DNA of 63,073 bases, the filler included, from Kipferlia bialata (Eukaryota): the NCBI GenBank assembly GCA_003568945.1. It is 7 parts of 6 records of this genome, joined end to end, with 100 filler letters (N's around TTAATTAATTAA, not from the genome) between each part and the next. Parts side by side here need not be neighbours in the genome. Positions count along the whole stretch, not along the records: positions 27,135 to 41,776 come from BDIP01000794.1; positions 41,877 to 56,516 come from BDIP01000795.1; 5 more parts are not named here. The stretch is one strand, 5' to 3'. Each line of letters opens with the position of its first letter. The first letter of the stretch is position 1. A program made the translations under genes and the position numbers. The notes below the pieces were generated by a model that had not been told where the DNA came from, ran no database searches, and saw nothing but the letters and a program-made list of their open reading frames with translations. Below are positions 39,016-51,036 of this stretch, one piece after another.

Positions 39016-41718
39016 AATACAATATTACTACATATATATATATATATATAACTGACCTTGGGTACTGGCCTTGGGGCTGTGACCTTGGGTGGGGCCTGGG
39101 GGTGAGACGCTGGCGCAAACACAATGACAGAGACTACAACACACACACATATAAATATAACACTATTACTTTGGGTGGTTTTGGGGCCTGGGGGTGAGAC
39201 ACTATATGCACATAAGTACAACACTATCAGTATCAAAAGGGAGTGTGGTATTATACATACTCCTACCTTCACAGTTGGTGCCTTGTGGACCACCTGGGCA
39301 CAGGGTACATTCATACAAATATATGTATAACTACTTACTACTAACTATGTATAATTACATTCATATATATATGCATTCATATATATATATACTAATTCAT
39401 ATATGAATATTTACCTTCACAGCCGGTGCCTTGTGGACCACCTTCCTGGGCACAGGGGGAGTGACAACAGGCCTCCTCATCTGATGGGTGGGAGAGGGAA
39501 TACTATACTATATAGAGATGATAGATAAGCTTCTCATCCAGTGGGTAAGAGAGTATATGCATCCACTGACACAGTCAAAGATGATGCATGAATCAAGAAA
39601 GAGATTAAGATAGAGAGAGAGAGAGGGAACCAGAGAGAGAGAGAGAGAGAGAGAGAGACATGTACGTACTGGGACTATCAGGACAGGGCGGGGCATGGCA
39701 GGGACCTGATGGTGAGGGGAGCTCATGCATACAGTTATTATCAATGTATACACACACATATATGTATATAGGAGAGATCATGCATAGTGAAAGAGTACTC
39801 ACCGCCGAAGGTGTCCTGGCAGGGGTGGGCAGGGTGAGGGTGGGTCTGGTGGGGGTCCTGGGGTAAGCTGATATGCATAAACACCTATACATATATATAG
39901 TGAGAGAGAGGGAGAGAGAGAGTGAGGGTGGGTCTGGTGGGGGTCCTGGGGTTAGCTGATACGTATACACATCCATAAATATAATATTGAGAGAGAGAGA
40001 GAGAGAGAGCGAGAGTGGGTCTGGTGGGGGTCCTGGAGGTTAGCTGTAATACATAGAGATATACAGAGAGAGAGAGGAAGAAGTGGGAGAGAACAGTGTG
40101 GAGTGAGGGTAGGTCTGGGGGGAATATCAATACATATAGAGATGGAATGAATATATGTAGAGACAAAGGGAGAGAGAGATCACCTCACTGCAGGTATGTC
40201 TGGCTTTGCTCTCTTTTTGGCCTATATAATGGTACATGTACTATAATTACACATTACATATAGATTGTACTATTATTGTATTATTTATATATATATATAG
40301 ATTGTACTATTATTATACATTATAAATATATATGATACCTCACTGCTGGCCTCACTGGCACTGCCCTCTTGGGTATGACAGGGGCACGGCGGACAGGGAC
40401 AGGGACCTTGGGGTTAGTGCATGTAGATGTATATATATATATAGAGAGAGAGAGAGATAGAGGTGTACATTAATAGTTTGGTATAAATATATATCTCCAT
40501 AGTTGTCCATACCGGCCTTGGTCTGTGCGGGGTGGGTGCAGGGGATGCCATCCTGGCAATCTCACTCTCTCTCGCCTGGGTGTGAGTATATATATACAAA
40601 GAAGTATAATCAATACAAGTAGCACAAGATTATATATTACAATATGGCTTGCAACCCACATATACATGTACATAATACTCTTTCTCATAGGTGTGAGTAC
40701 TACATACATATACACACTCACAGTGCTATGTACTCTATATATAGGCAGTATCATGTATATACCTTTGCCTTCTCCTGGTGTGCCTCAGGAGTAAGGTCTC
40801 TCTCTACCTCCACCTGGGGGTCAGCGGGAATGTATGTATAATACTACATACCAATATAGATTGAAGCGCTTTGTGTCATATATAACTATAGTATCATATG
40901 TACATAAAGTACAGTATGTATATAGTAGTATACATATAAACACACCTTCTCCGGAGTGTCTGCCTCTGCCACTGTGCCTGAGGACTCACTGCTGGCCTGG
41001 GGGTTAGAGACAAGGAAATTAGTAAATATATATATATATTCTCTCAGTAAATGTATATAGAGGGAGGCTAGTAGACTGACTGCTGGCCTAGGGGTTAGGC
41101 ATCAATATACATATATATATATATATATACAGATATTAGGGGTATAGGGTATGAGGTAGAGAACACTCACCTCAGCCACTGTCCTGTTGGTATCGTGCTG
41201 GTCACTCTCAGTCTCTCCCTCTCCCTCTGCCTCTGCCTCTGGCTCAGCATCAGCCTGGAATGTGAGAACACACTGATATATATACATACACTCACATATA
41301 TATGTATATATGTACAGGGCACTATGTATATATGCTTACGCCACCTGAGATATGACCCCCCTCTGTGTCTGGGACAGTGACACAACAATGTGCAATACAT
41401 GTATATAGGTATATATATATAATTACTATATACATCCTAATACCTGAGATATAACACCCCTCTGGGTCTGGGACAGTGATCTGACAATATCTGTGCAATA
41501 TCTATACACACATATATCATCAGTATACATATATGTACCTGGGATATAACACCCCTCTGTGTCTGGGACAGTGACCTGACAACGGGCTGGGAGATGAGAG
41601 GGAGAGCAGAAGAGAGATAAAGATACTATAATGCCAGTATATAAACATATATATATAGAGAGAGAGAGAGAGAAGAGGAGGTGTGGGGGGGTTCTATGCA
41701 TACATACTTCCGATGAAT
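35490..41718 (-). CDS. Microexon-rich hypothetical protein: Pro/Arg/Lys-rich disordered region plus helical C-terminus; 5' end in gap
   Basis: About 20 short exons, many 30-70 nt (APAPVRTPVK, TAPRPVPK, VVHKAPAVK). The last exons splice in frame to ...DMLNECAARSDQMHSLMDMARGQSIEGLVRAAKIRLQLAMTRAVATMYKMPQLAERVKAQECIALARQIGQGAESVVGEE*. Confidence 0.65.
36722..37007 (-). repeat. Type example of intronic exon-end echo repeats: true exon end 36944-37007, echoes 36843-36906 and ~36724-36790
   Basis: Three copies of a (T)LEGLAEQLGSDTSIDTDMLN-like coding segment plus G|GT, separated by (TA)n. Confidence 0.95.
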
Positions 41719-42291
41719 CTGTGTGAGGGTGTGGGGTATAGTGCATACATACACACAACATATACTATGATATACTNNNNNNNNNNNNNNNNNNNNNNNN
41801 NNNNNNNNNNNNNNNNNNNNTTAATTAATTAANNNNNNNNNNNNNNNNNNNNNNNNNNNNNNNNNNNNNNNNNNNNTTCTCTTTTTTTTATTACCCCCCC
41901 CCCCCCCCCCCCCCCCCCCACCTCTTCAATCTCCGTTCAACACACTATCTATCACATTGTCTCTCTCCTTCAACAACTGGACATGCTTATCAACTGTCAT
42001 CTACCTCTTTCCTCCACTCCCACCCGTTCTGACTCCATATGTAGGATAAGACAGTATCCCCCCCCCCCTTCCTCTCTCTCTCCACAGCCGAGTAGATCGA
42101 CTATTCTCCTGTGTGCACCCCACTCAATGTGCCTCTCTCTCTCTCTCTTCCTATATATATTTATATATATGTATTCTCCATATGTCTCTGACTCCAGCTC
42201 TGCCCTCTTTCCTACTATCCTATGTGCACCCCACACTCTGTACAACTCTCTCCCTCTCTCTATATATATACATGATGTATCTGACATCCAG

Positions 42292-45200
42292 ATATGCCCC
42301 ACGTCACCTTCTCCTATGTTCACCCCACCCCCTGTACCTCTGTGTGTATAGGGGGTATGTTCAACCAGTGGGAGCCTGAGAAGATGACACCGACAGAGGC
42401 AGGGTGGACACTCAGTGTGGAGTTGGAAGAAGGTAATGCACTATAACTAATACTCATTACACATTTTAAACATACAGAGAGAGAGAGAGAGTGGACACTG
42501 AGTATGCAGTTGCCAGAAGGTATGGAAGTACCCTGAGTGGCTATAGGTAAGTATATGTGTAGGTCTCTCTCTTATAGCCAGGCCTCCACCCCTACAAGTA
42601 CCATGTGGATGGGGAGTGGGTGCATGACCCGACAATGCCATCATACACAGACACAGAGGTATAGTACACGTATTGGCGTCTTCTAGGTGTCTGTAACTCT
42701 AACACAACAATGTCAGTATTTCAGTCTAATACTCATTCAGGGTCCTATCAACAACTACGTGAGAGTGCTGCCCGACTCCCCCCCTCTTGACCTCACCCCT
42801 GTCCCCCTCCCACCCCTGGATGACACCCTTCCATATGGGTATGAAGAGGATGGGGTATTGACCCACAGGGTAAAGAGACACGGGTATGTATATGTCTATA
42901 TATATATATATATATATGCATACCTCTGGATGACACCCTTCCATATGTGTATGAAGATGGGGTATTAGTACACAGGGTAAAGGGACACGGGTACGTATAT
43001 GTCAATATATATATATATATTTATATTTATATTTATACATGCATACCCCTGGATGACACCCTTCCATATATGTATGGGGGGGACGGGGTGCTAGTGCACA
43101 GAGAGAGAGGACATGGGTATGAATATGCAAATATTGCTGTACAATTGTAATGACACACTTGCCTATGTATGGGGTGTTGGTGCAAAGGGTGAAGGGACAT
43201 GGGTACGTATATATGTATATACATTCACTGGCAGTGTTTAATAGGAGTATCTTGAATACATATGTGTATGGGGAGGATGGGGTATAGTGCACTGAGACAA
43301 TAGTATGGATGCTCAATGAATATATATGTGTCTATTCGGTTGAGCATGCTCCATTCATGTCTCTTCTTACACCAGCTTCCAGTTCAGTGGTGACCGTGAC
43401 TACCAGACACACATATACATATATATATGTATGCGTGTGTGTTAACACATATATAGCATCACTCTTTATACATTGAATGACATGTGTCCTTACATTTTAG
43501 CTTCCAGTTCAGTGGTGACCGTGATTACCAGACACTCAACGAGGGATACGTCATGCCTTACATACAGAGGAGGTGAGTATACTATACCTATATGTAAGAA
43601 TATGTATGGTTTATACACATCATACATAGGTGGGTCGTGAATTCAGTAAGTGTATTAATTACATATTGTATATTATACATGAATATATATTTATATTGTA
43701 TTCTCATAGTGGGTGACTATTTGGTACTGTGAACTTGAATTCTCACCCCAGGATGGCTGAGATGTACCAAGTGGTGCCTCTTTGTTTCCCAGGTGAGACA
43801 GTGTAATGATACACGCTTGCTAGAGAGCGTGCTCATACTGATTCCTCTTGCCTATCACCACAACCAGGTTTTCTCTCTACTTGAATAGGAAACTATTGTT
43901 GTGTTACTATACTATGTATTCTCCAATCCCCTGTATGCTCCCAAGATCATATCAACTGATAGAGTAGATGGCAGAGCGCCTCTCTCTATGTAGAATATCC
44001 TCGCATATTAATAGATATTGAGTATCATCACATTCATTCAATACGTGTATAAGGATACTAACCCATCAGGTGATACGATGTCCACCCTCCGCCCTGCCTA
44101 TGTGAGTGAGGGTCTGATGGGACACAGGGGGAGGGTGCTGGTGCTGATACCGGGGTCAGGTATGAGACTATATCATTCATTGTATATATATATACATACA
44201 TGTATATCGGTAAATGTAGATGTATATGTGAGTGAAAGTGTCATTGGGCACAGGGACAGGGTGCTGGTACTGATACCTGGGTCAAGTAAGAGGTTATGAT
44301 TAATATATATTGATAGATACATGAGAAAATAGACAATTAGTAAATATATGGATTCAGGGGGGGGGGTGCTGGTGCTGATTCCTGGCTCAGCTGGGGTAAC
44401 TATAGTATATACTATATACCAACATGTAATTTATCATATTTGTGTGAATTCAACATTTATAGTCGATGTGTCTGTATATACTCACTCACTCAGGCCTTGT
44501 TGAGGACCTTGGTCAGTTGGGAAACTACTATATATAGAATTGTACATATATACAAATACTTAAGAGACACTATGTTACATATGTCTCACTCACTCCCAGG
44601 CCTTGTCGAGGCTGGTATCTGGGGCAGGGCACTCTGCTGCAACGACAGCCTCCAGACAGGTATATGTAAACGATAACTAGTATGTATACACATATACGTG
44701 TTTGTTTTGGCCGCGACAGCTCCAGACAGGTATATGTAAACATATGTATGTATATCAACTACTTTCCTTTTTAGATATACATGTACAGGGTGCCCATCGT
44801 GAATACTACACATGTAAACACACATATGTATTTGTGTGTCTCTCTATATATATCCCTATCTCTATTGATGGGTATCCTGACGCTAGGCTCCATGCTGCCC
44901 TATCTGGCCCAGGCTGAGAGGGAGGGCTACAAGGTGGTGGTCATGAACCCAAACAGGAGGTATGGGTGTATATATTCTATACACACCTGACTAGGAATGC
45001 TTGTCCATAGAGATAGAGTATCAGAGACATTATTAGTGTTCCAAACAGTATCTGGTATTCATACCCAGTTACCGTTATGACCTTGACCACCCTGGGTGTG
45101 TATACATATCAAATAGTATACATGTATTATATTCACACATATGTATGTATTCACACCCAGGCACCGGTATGACCTTGACCATACTCTGGCTGTGTGGAGA

Positions 45201-45919
45201 CACCTGGTACTGGGGAGTGCGGCATCAGAGGTGTGTATATGTATCATTAATATATATACATATATATACATACATAGTACTAGCACCTGGTACTAGGGAG
45301 TGCGGCATCGGAGGTATGTACATATATATTGATACTACAGTTTATACAGAATGTTATCCCTATGCATCAATATACGTGTACATTAGTACTACCCTTACCT
45401 ATCCCTCTTATCCCAGATCTACGTGGTTGCATCATTATGGACATATATATATATACTAGTTATCCCTCTTACCCCTCAGATCTACGTTGTTGCCCATAGC
45501 TATGGAGGCATTGCAGTGGCACACATACTCAGTGAGACAGTTAAGGAGAGGGAAGGAGACGCCCCTGCAGAGAGCGGCATGTGTGTGAACCCCCGCCTCA
45601 CTGCCGTTGCTCTGACAGACTCGGTACACGGTGGGTCCAGGTACCTACACGGTGCTGCTCTAGAGTGGCTGGGGGAGGTTGCCGTGCAGTACAGAACATC
45701 ACCGAACCCTGTGGATACCCTCGAGTGTGCACTGGGGGATAGCATGGAAGGGTGTGAGGTAGGCTTTCAAAAATATAAGAATAGAATATAGAATAATTAT
45801 TCTAGAATTTCTATTTTACCTGACACTGTCAGGTCAGGAGTGCTGGGGTTATGGACCATGCATCTACCAATGAGGCGGCAAGGGAGGCCATATTCAACAG
45901 GTTCAGGCAGAAGTGGTGA
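42292..45919 (+). CDS. Fusion of an AMPK-beta-type glycogen-binding CBM48 domain to an Arb2/FAM172 alpha/beta-hydrolase-fold domain
   Basis: CBM48: MPHVTFSY...CIGGMFNQW...WTLSVELEEGLHPYKYHVDGEWVHDPTMP...GPINNYVRV. Arb2/FAM172: VLVLIPGSGLVEAGIWGRALCCNDSLQTGSMLPYL...GYKVVVMNPN, YVVAHSYGG, AVALTDSVH, VRSAGVMDH. Confidence 0.85.
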
Positions 45920-46277
45920 AGGTTAACAAGGATGAACATATTGACGTACTAGCTTACTCAAAGTCAATGCTTGAGACGATATTCAACAGGTTTAGGCAGA
46001 AATGGGGAGTGTTAAGATTCAAGAATGAGAAGATTGGACTTTTGTAGAAGGAGGAAGTATTGGAGAGTATAAATGATGGCTCTCAATCACTAAATGGATG
46101 TACATGGGAAAGGGAGCAAACCTGGATGTGTCTGGTATTTCGTACCGTCCAAACTGTATAGACTCTACAGTGGATGTCATCCACTGGATGATGTCTCCTA
46201 ATGAAAGTCTCCCCAGTTCATATACCCTCACCACATTCCCCTATCCAAGCCAGTGATGTCTCTGTTTCTAACTGCCA

Positions 46278-47225
46278 ATGGAGCCTGCCCTAGTGCCTGA
46301 TGTGCGTGTGACTGCCGTTCCTGTCGACCCCTTTACATCAAGGGATGGATACACGTCAACGTACCTCGGAAACAACCAGACCCTGTTGGTGGTGCGTTAC
46401 AATTACACGTCAAACGCAGCGAGAATCCTTACCAAACATGAGGATGGAACAGTATCGACCACAGCCATTGAGGGACCCTCTCTACCTCATGAACTTGGGA
46501 TGAATGTGTATATGCCACTGCTAGCGGTGATTCTGCGCTCCTTTTATCTCCTCGGAAAAATTGGCAGCGAGGTATATGGTCTCCAAGTCAGATCGGAACC
46601 AAGCCCTGGTGGTGGTGACGATAGTCTTGCTGAGTGTTTCTGGATACTCTCTCTTGAGACTATGGTGTGGAGACAAGAGCCGTTTCCAGCAGAGATCCGG
46701 CAGCGCCATTCCGTACACTCTATCTATGCTGCCGGTGTGATATCGGAGTCTGTCTGGATGTGTGTATGTGAACACAGTGGATGCTCTGCCCCTCTCGTTT
46801 ACACGCCTGAAACTCAAGAAGTTGGCAGAGTTTCAGTGCTAGAAGAGTTCCTATCGAGAGGAGGTAGTATTGAGGTAATTTGCTCTGATAGCACCACTTG
46901 GTACTTTTGGGGGGAGGCTCGATCCAGTATGTATTCATATTCCCTCGGTAGAGATGAAGTGAACAGGGTGTCAGTGAGCAAGCCTCTAAGTGGCATCCCA
47001 CAACCACTGGGATCATACTTGTTGAATCATTCATGGGGTCTCGTGTTGTACTCTTCCCTGTCCGGATGTCACAGAAACATAACCACTGATGATATGGGTG
47101 ACACGTTATGGCGTGTGGCAGAGTGTCATGAGATAGGCAACAACCCTGTTATCGTAAAGGTGTCACAAATAGGAGGAGGGGACTCTCTAGTGTACGTGCT
47201 AGAAATTGTTGATGTTGAGTGTTAG
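46278..47225 (+). CDS. Intronless beta-propeller-like protein (315 aa)
   Basis: Clean ORF; STYLGNNQTL, GKIGSEVY, FWILSLETMVWR, LVYTPET; paralog of 47891-48862. Confidence 0.75.
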   Translation: MEPALVPDVRVTAVPVDPFTSRDGYTSTYLGNNQTLLVVRYNYTSNAARILTKHEDGTVSTTAIEGPSLPHELGMNVYMPLLAVILRSFYLLGKIGSEVYGLQVRSEPSPGGGDDSLAECFWILSLETMVWRQEPFPAEIRQRHSVHSIYAAGVISESVWMCVCEHSGCSAPLVYTPETQEVGRVSVLEEFLSRGGSIEVICSDSTTWYFWGEARSSMYSYSLGRDEVNRVSVSKPLSGIPQPLGSYLLNHSWGLVLYSSLSGCHRNITTDDMGDTLWRVAECHEIGNNPVIVKVSQIGGGDSLVYVLEIVDVEC

Positions 47226-47890
47226 AGCAGTGGTTGGTGCCGCCAACTTGGACACTTCAACTAAAATGGGTGAATTTCAAGCACACTGTGTATTTCACAC
47301 TACGAATACACTATTCTAGGTACTATTGTGTCTCTTCTGATTGGTGAGAGTAAACATAGAGTCGGTTATGACCATTACAAAGGAGGAGTGTGTGAAAATC
47401 ACACTGTGGATGTAACAGAATGTGATATTCAACAGCTTCAGACAGAAGTGGCAATACGACGATACATTAGAGGTGTATCAAACACACACAATTTGGTCGA
47501 ACTCGTTGTCCTTGTACATGAGTATTATAGAGCATCATCGGTTTTCGAGAATAGCCATGAGTGTCGCGACAGTGTTACGAACTCATAGAGACATAGTCTC
47601 CACATAGTAATCCTTTCCAGCGCCTTCTGCTCAGTGACTGAATCAGTCAGGTCGCATAGAGCTAAATCCACTCTATTGATGTATACTTGTACTGTCGCTA
47701 CCATACAGTGTTTCTATGGCCCTTCAGATTAGTATCCCCTTCACTGTAGACTCTACAGTGTGACTCACAATCAGGTGCAAAGGTGTATACACTGTATACT
47801 GTATACAGTAAGACATTGTTACAGTACCCTTGGCTAGAATCATATCCTTTAACTATGTCACCCTCTCCTATCCCAACTATAGGCCCTCAA

Positions 47891-48862
47891 ATGGAAAAGT
47901 GCCTTAGTACCCGACGTCAATGTGACAGAGCTGTCCTCTGATCTGATGGCCAACATGGAGACATCAACATACATTGGCAATAACCAAACACTCTGGATTG
48001 GCCATGTGTACAATGAAGAGAGGACTACAGCTGGCATACTGACCATCCACGATGATGGTGCTGTGTCCAATGAGGATATTCCGGCGCCAACCATATTCCC
48101 GGCATATCAGGGTTCCGGTTCTTCTTCCAGCTGGCAGGGAGAATAGGAAGTGATGTGTATGCACTTCAGTTCGAGCCGCAACAAAGAGAGGATGGAACAA
48201 TGGTGCTGTCGCTCCAGTCTTGGTGGGTGTTCTCGCTTGATTCCCACATATGGCGAGATAGGAGGGTAGAGGCCGAACTTAAGGAGAGCACAGGGTTCTC
48301 CGAGTACATGTTCAGAATTGGCGTCATTTCAGAGACTGTTTGGGTGTCTTCCGGGCTCTTCAGAGACGCCACGCCACCAGTTCTGTATGAGCCGGAGACA
48401 GGTAAAGTCAGAGAGGAACCAGTTCTAAAGGACTACAAAGGAAATGGTGGTGCTCTGAGGCTATTCTGCTCCAGTGAGACGACGTGGTATTGGATTGGGA
48501 TCGACAGTGTCGATTCCGACACGAACGTGTACTCATACACATTCAATGCAGCCAGAGTGAGTATGCCGTCGATGGGTCAAGACTGGTCAATGGGTCAAGA
48601 CCGGTCACTGGGTCAATCCTGGACACCCCTCAGCATTTCTCCCCTAGGGTCGTGGGTCATCTTCAACCAACGACGAGCCCTTATTCTGATGTCATACGTG
48701 TCAGGGAGTATTGGACGTCTGGTGGGTCTAATAGGAGCCTCCAGGCACATAAGCAAGTGCGTACGTGTGGGAGAGAACAGTGTTATGGTCTGTGCTGAGG
48801 ACCGTTCCGCTAATCGGGAGAACAGGGTATACCTGGTTGACATATTGGACATCGATTACTGA
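47891..48862 (+). pseudogene. Frameshifted tandem paralog of 46278-47225
   Basis: ATG GAA A(A)GT GCC TTA GTA CCC GAC GTC has one extra A relative to MEPALVPDV. A second shift near 48105-48115 precedes FQLAGRIGSDVYALQ. The rest is open to 48862. Confidence 0.7.
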
Positions 48863-48969
48863 CGTCCAAGCAAGGTGTATATTTGCGTCATAGAGTGAGA
48901 TCGAATAAATCAAGTTGTTGTACTGGTGTAAGCAATTAAGTCGGCCTCTAACTAACACTCCACAAGTTG

Positions 48970-49200
48970 TGGGCCCCACAACCATTGGGCTCTTATGTGT
49001 TGGATCACATATGGGACAACCTCGTGTTGTACTTTCTCCTACCCGGATGTCACAGAGACATATCCACTGAAATAGGTGTCAGGTTCTCGCGTGATACAGA
49101 GTGTCATGTCACGACAGGTAACAACACTATGATCGTAAATGTTGTGCATACGTGGGGGGAGACTCAATTGTACTTGATACATTCTTGACGTTGAGCATAG
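48970..49200 (+). pseudogene. 3' fragment of a third paralog of 46278-47225
   Basis: PQPLGSYVLDHIW..LVLY..LPGCHRDIST..ECH..GNN aligns with PQPLGSYLLNHSW.LVLY..LSGCHRNITT..ECH.GNN. Confidence 0.8.
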
Positions 49201-50448
49201 AACAGCAGTTCGGGGCCGGATGGATGAATAGTGTTTAGCATTCAGGTTACACTGAACAATACTATGTCTTCACTAACTGTTCTTGATGTAAACCAGAGCT
49301 ATTTATTCCCATCGGAAGGGATTAGTGTATGTATGAGACAGAGACATCATGATCCACAGACTATCAATTTGACAGCCTGATACGCGTCCCGTCCGTTCTT
49401 CGACCGAAACGCAAAAGACTAACTATACTTGTGCTATCCCCTCATCTTTCACTATATAACTTACAATAATCTCTATATTGTATAATAACAAGCAATACTA
49501 ATCACTAGTCGCTAAACCTAAACAGAGATGACCTGGAGCCACCCAACTGTTCCTAGTGGTGTTGGTATTGCATCTGAATTGGTAGATCTACCGGTGTCCT
49601 ATGGATACTGTCCATATGACCTCCTATGATGTCAGATATTTTCACCAGTTGTACCGAGAGCGAGAGAGATGCCATCTCCTGGAATGGAAAAGACAGAATT
49701 TCCGAGACTTTCATACGTGCGTAAACTCAATTGACGATATCAGAGAATAGGTCTCTCCTTCTCTCTCAGCCTGAAACGACGGACCCAGTTTGACGACGTA
49801 GGATCAGTACGAGGCATATACCCTCTCGGTAGTGAAGTTTGCCTCTATGTGACGTGTATTGTGTATTGGCCCACGTATGCATGTGTAAATGATGTATCCA
49901 ATGTGGCGATGTACCCCCCTCCTCCGCACCTAATGGCTCTTTGATATCTCCACTATATACATCTCTTTCTACTTTCTCTGTGACTCTCTACCTCTTGAGT
50001 GTAGGTCAGCCTCCAATTCCTCCGGGCACATGTTTTGATACTAGTACACCGCCTATCATTTATCGCCCCTCTGTCATTGTATCATGCCAGAGCACTCGCC
50101 CATCTCGTATCTTCCTGTATCTGCCAGTATTAGTCATAGGTGTGTCAATCAAACATGGACATCACCCCCATCCTACTCAGACCAGCCAATGCCCTCTCAC
50201 TACCTGATACTGATGCCTTGATGAGTGTATGCGCTCGTCTCTCTCCCATCATTCTCTACACATATGGACCTATAATTGTACAACTTGCCCCACAACTCAT
50301 TATATGGACCCCCTTTCCAAATAGGTAGTTCCTCTTGAAATACTATCGTAACACTAGCAGATATATCAGTAGGCGCCATGTCTCTCCCTCTGCATATCTT
50401 GCGGCAAGATAATCTTGCCACTAGAGCTACCTCTTTCCCTCATACTAG

Positions 50449-51023
50449 TAGGGCTGGGATTTTGTATAAAAATGCGTTATTATATATATAAAAATGAAAT
50501 GATTATATATATTATATAATAATTTTTGTCTACACCCTTTAGTTGGGATATATACGCGGCTATAAGTCGGTATCAGGATTGTCAGGAGAGCTATAGTGCC
50601 AGATATAGGTGAGATACAGGTGAATAGGGACTAAGAGGAGTGATTTGACAATTTCTAAAGTTGTTCAATTTTGGTCTCTGAACTCACCCTCAGTTTCTGA
50701 AAATCTCTCTTCCCTTCAGTTCACATATATGATGTCTTTCTATGTATAGTATGTGTAACATTGAATGTACTATCACTCTTGCGGGGCGATATATACGCTC
50801 TGATGCGTCAGAAACCCTCAATATTTTCAGGTTTATATACGAATTCAGAATACAGACACCAATGTTGGTTTAAAGTACGAATTTGGAGGTCTTACACCAC
50901 CCTGGTGCACTAATGGACATCTGCAGGGTGTATAGACACCTCCAAAGTATACTTATAATTATATAATTATTATATAATTTCAAATTTTATATATATAAAA
51001 AATATATAGCTGGCCCAGCCCTA
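50449..51023. mobile_element. Non-autonomous hAT-type DNA transposon (MITE), 575 bp
   Basis: 10-bp TIR TAGGGCTGGG...CCCAGCCCTA, imperfect AT-rich subterminal inverted repeats, perfect 8-bp TSD CATACTAG (50441-50448 and 51024-51031), no long ORF. Confidence 0.9.
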
Positions 51024-51036
51024 CATACTAGACAGT

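Noticed and set aside
36020..39450. Repeat-spacer pattern resembling CRISPR arrays
   Set aside because: The repeats are copies of local exon ends that differ from array to array, the spacers are microsatellite, there are no cas genes, and the context is eukaryotic
49300..50440. Possible transposase remnant next to the MITE
   Set aside because: Only short ORFs with no recognisable DDE or hAT dimerisation motif
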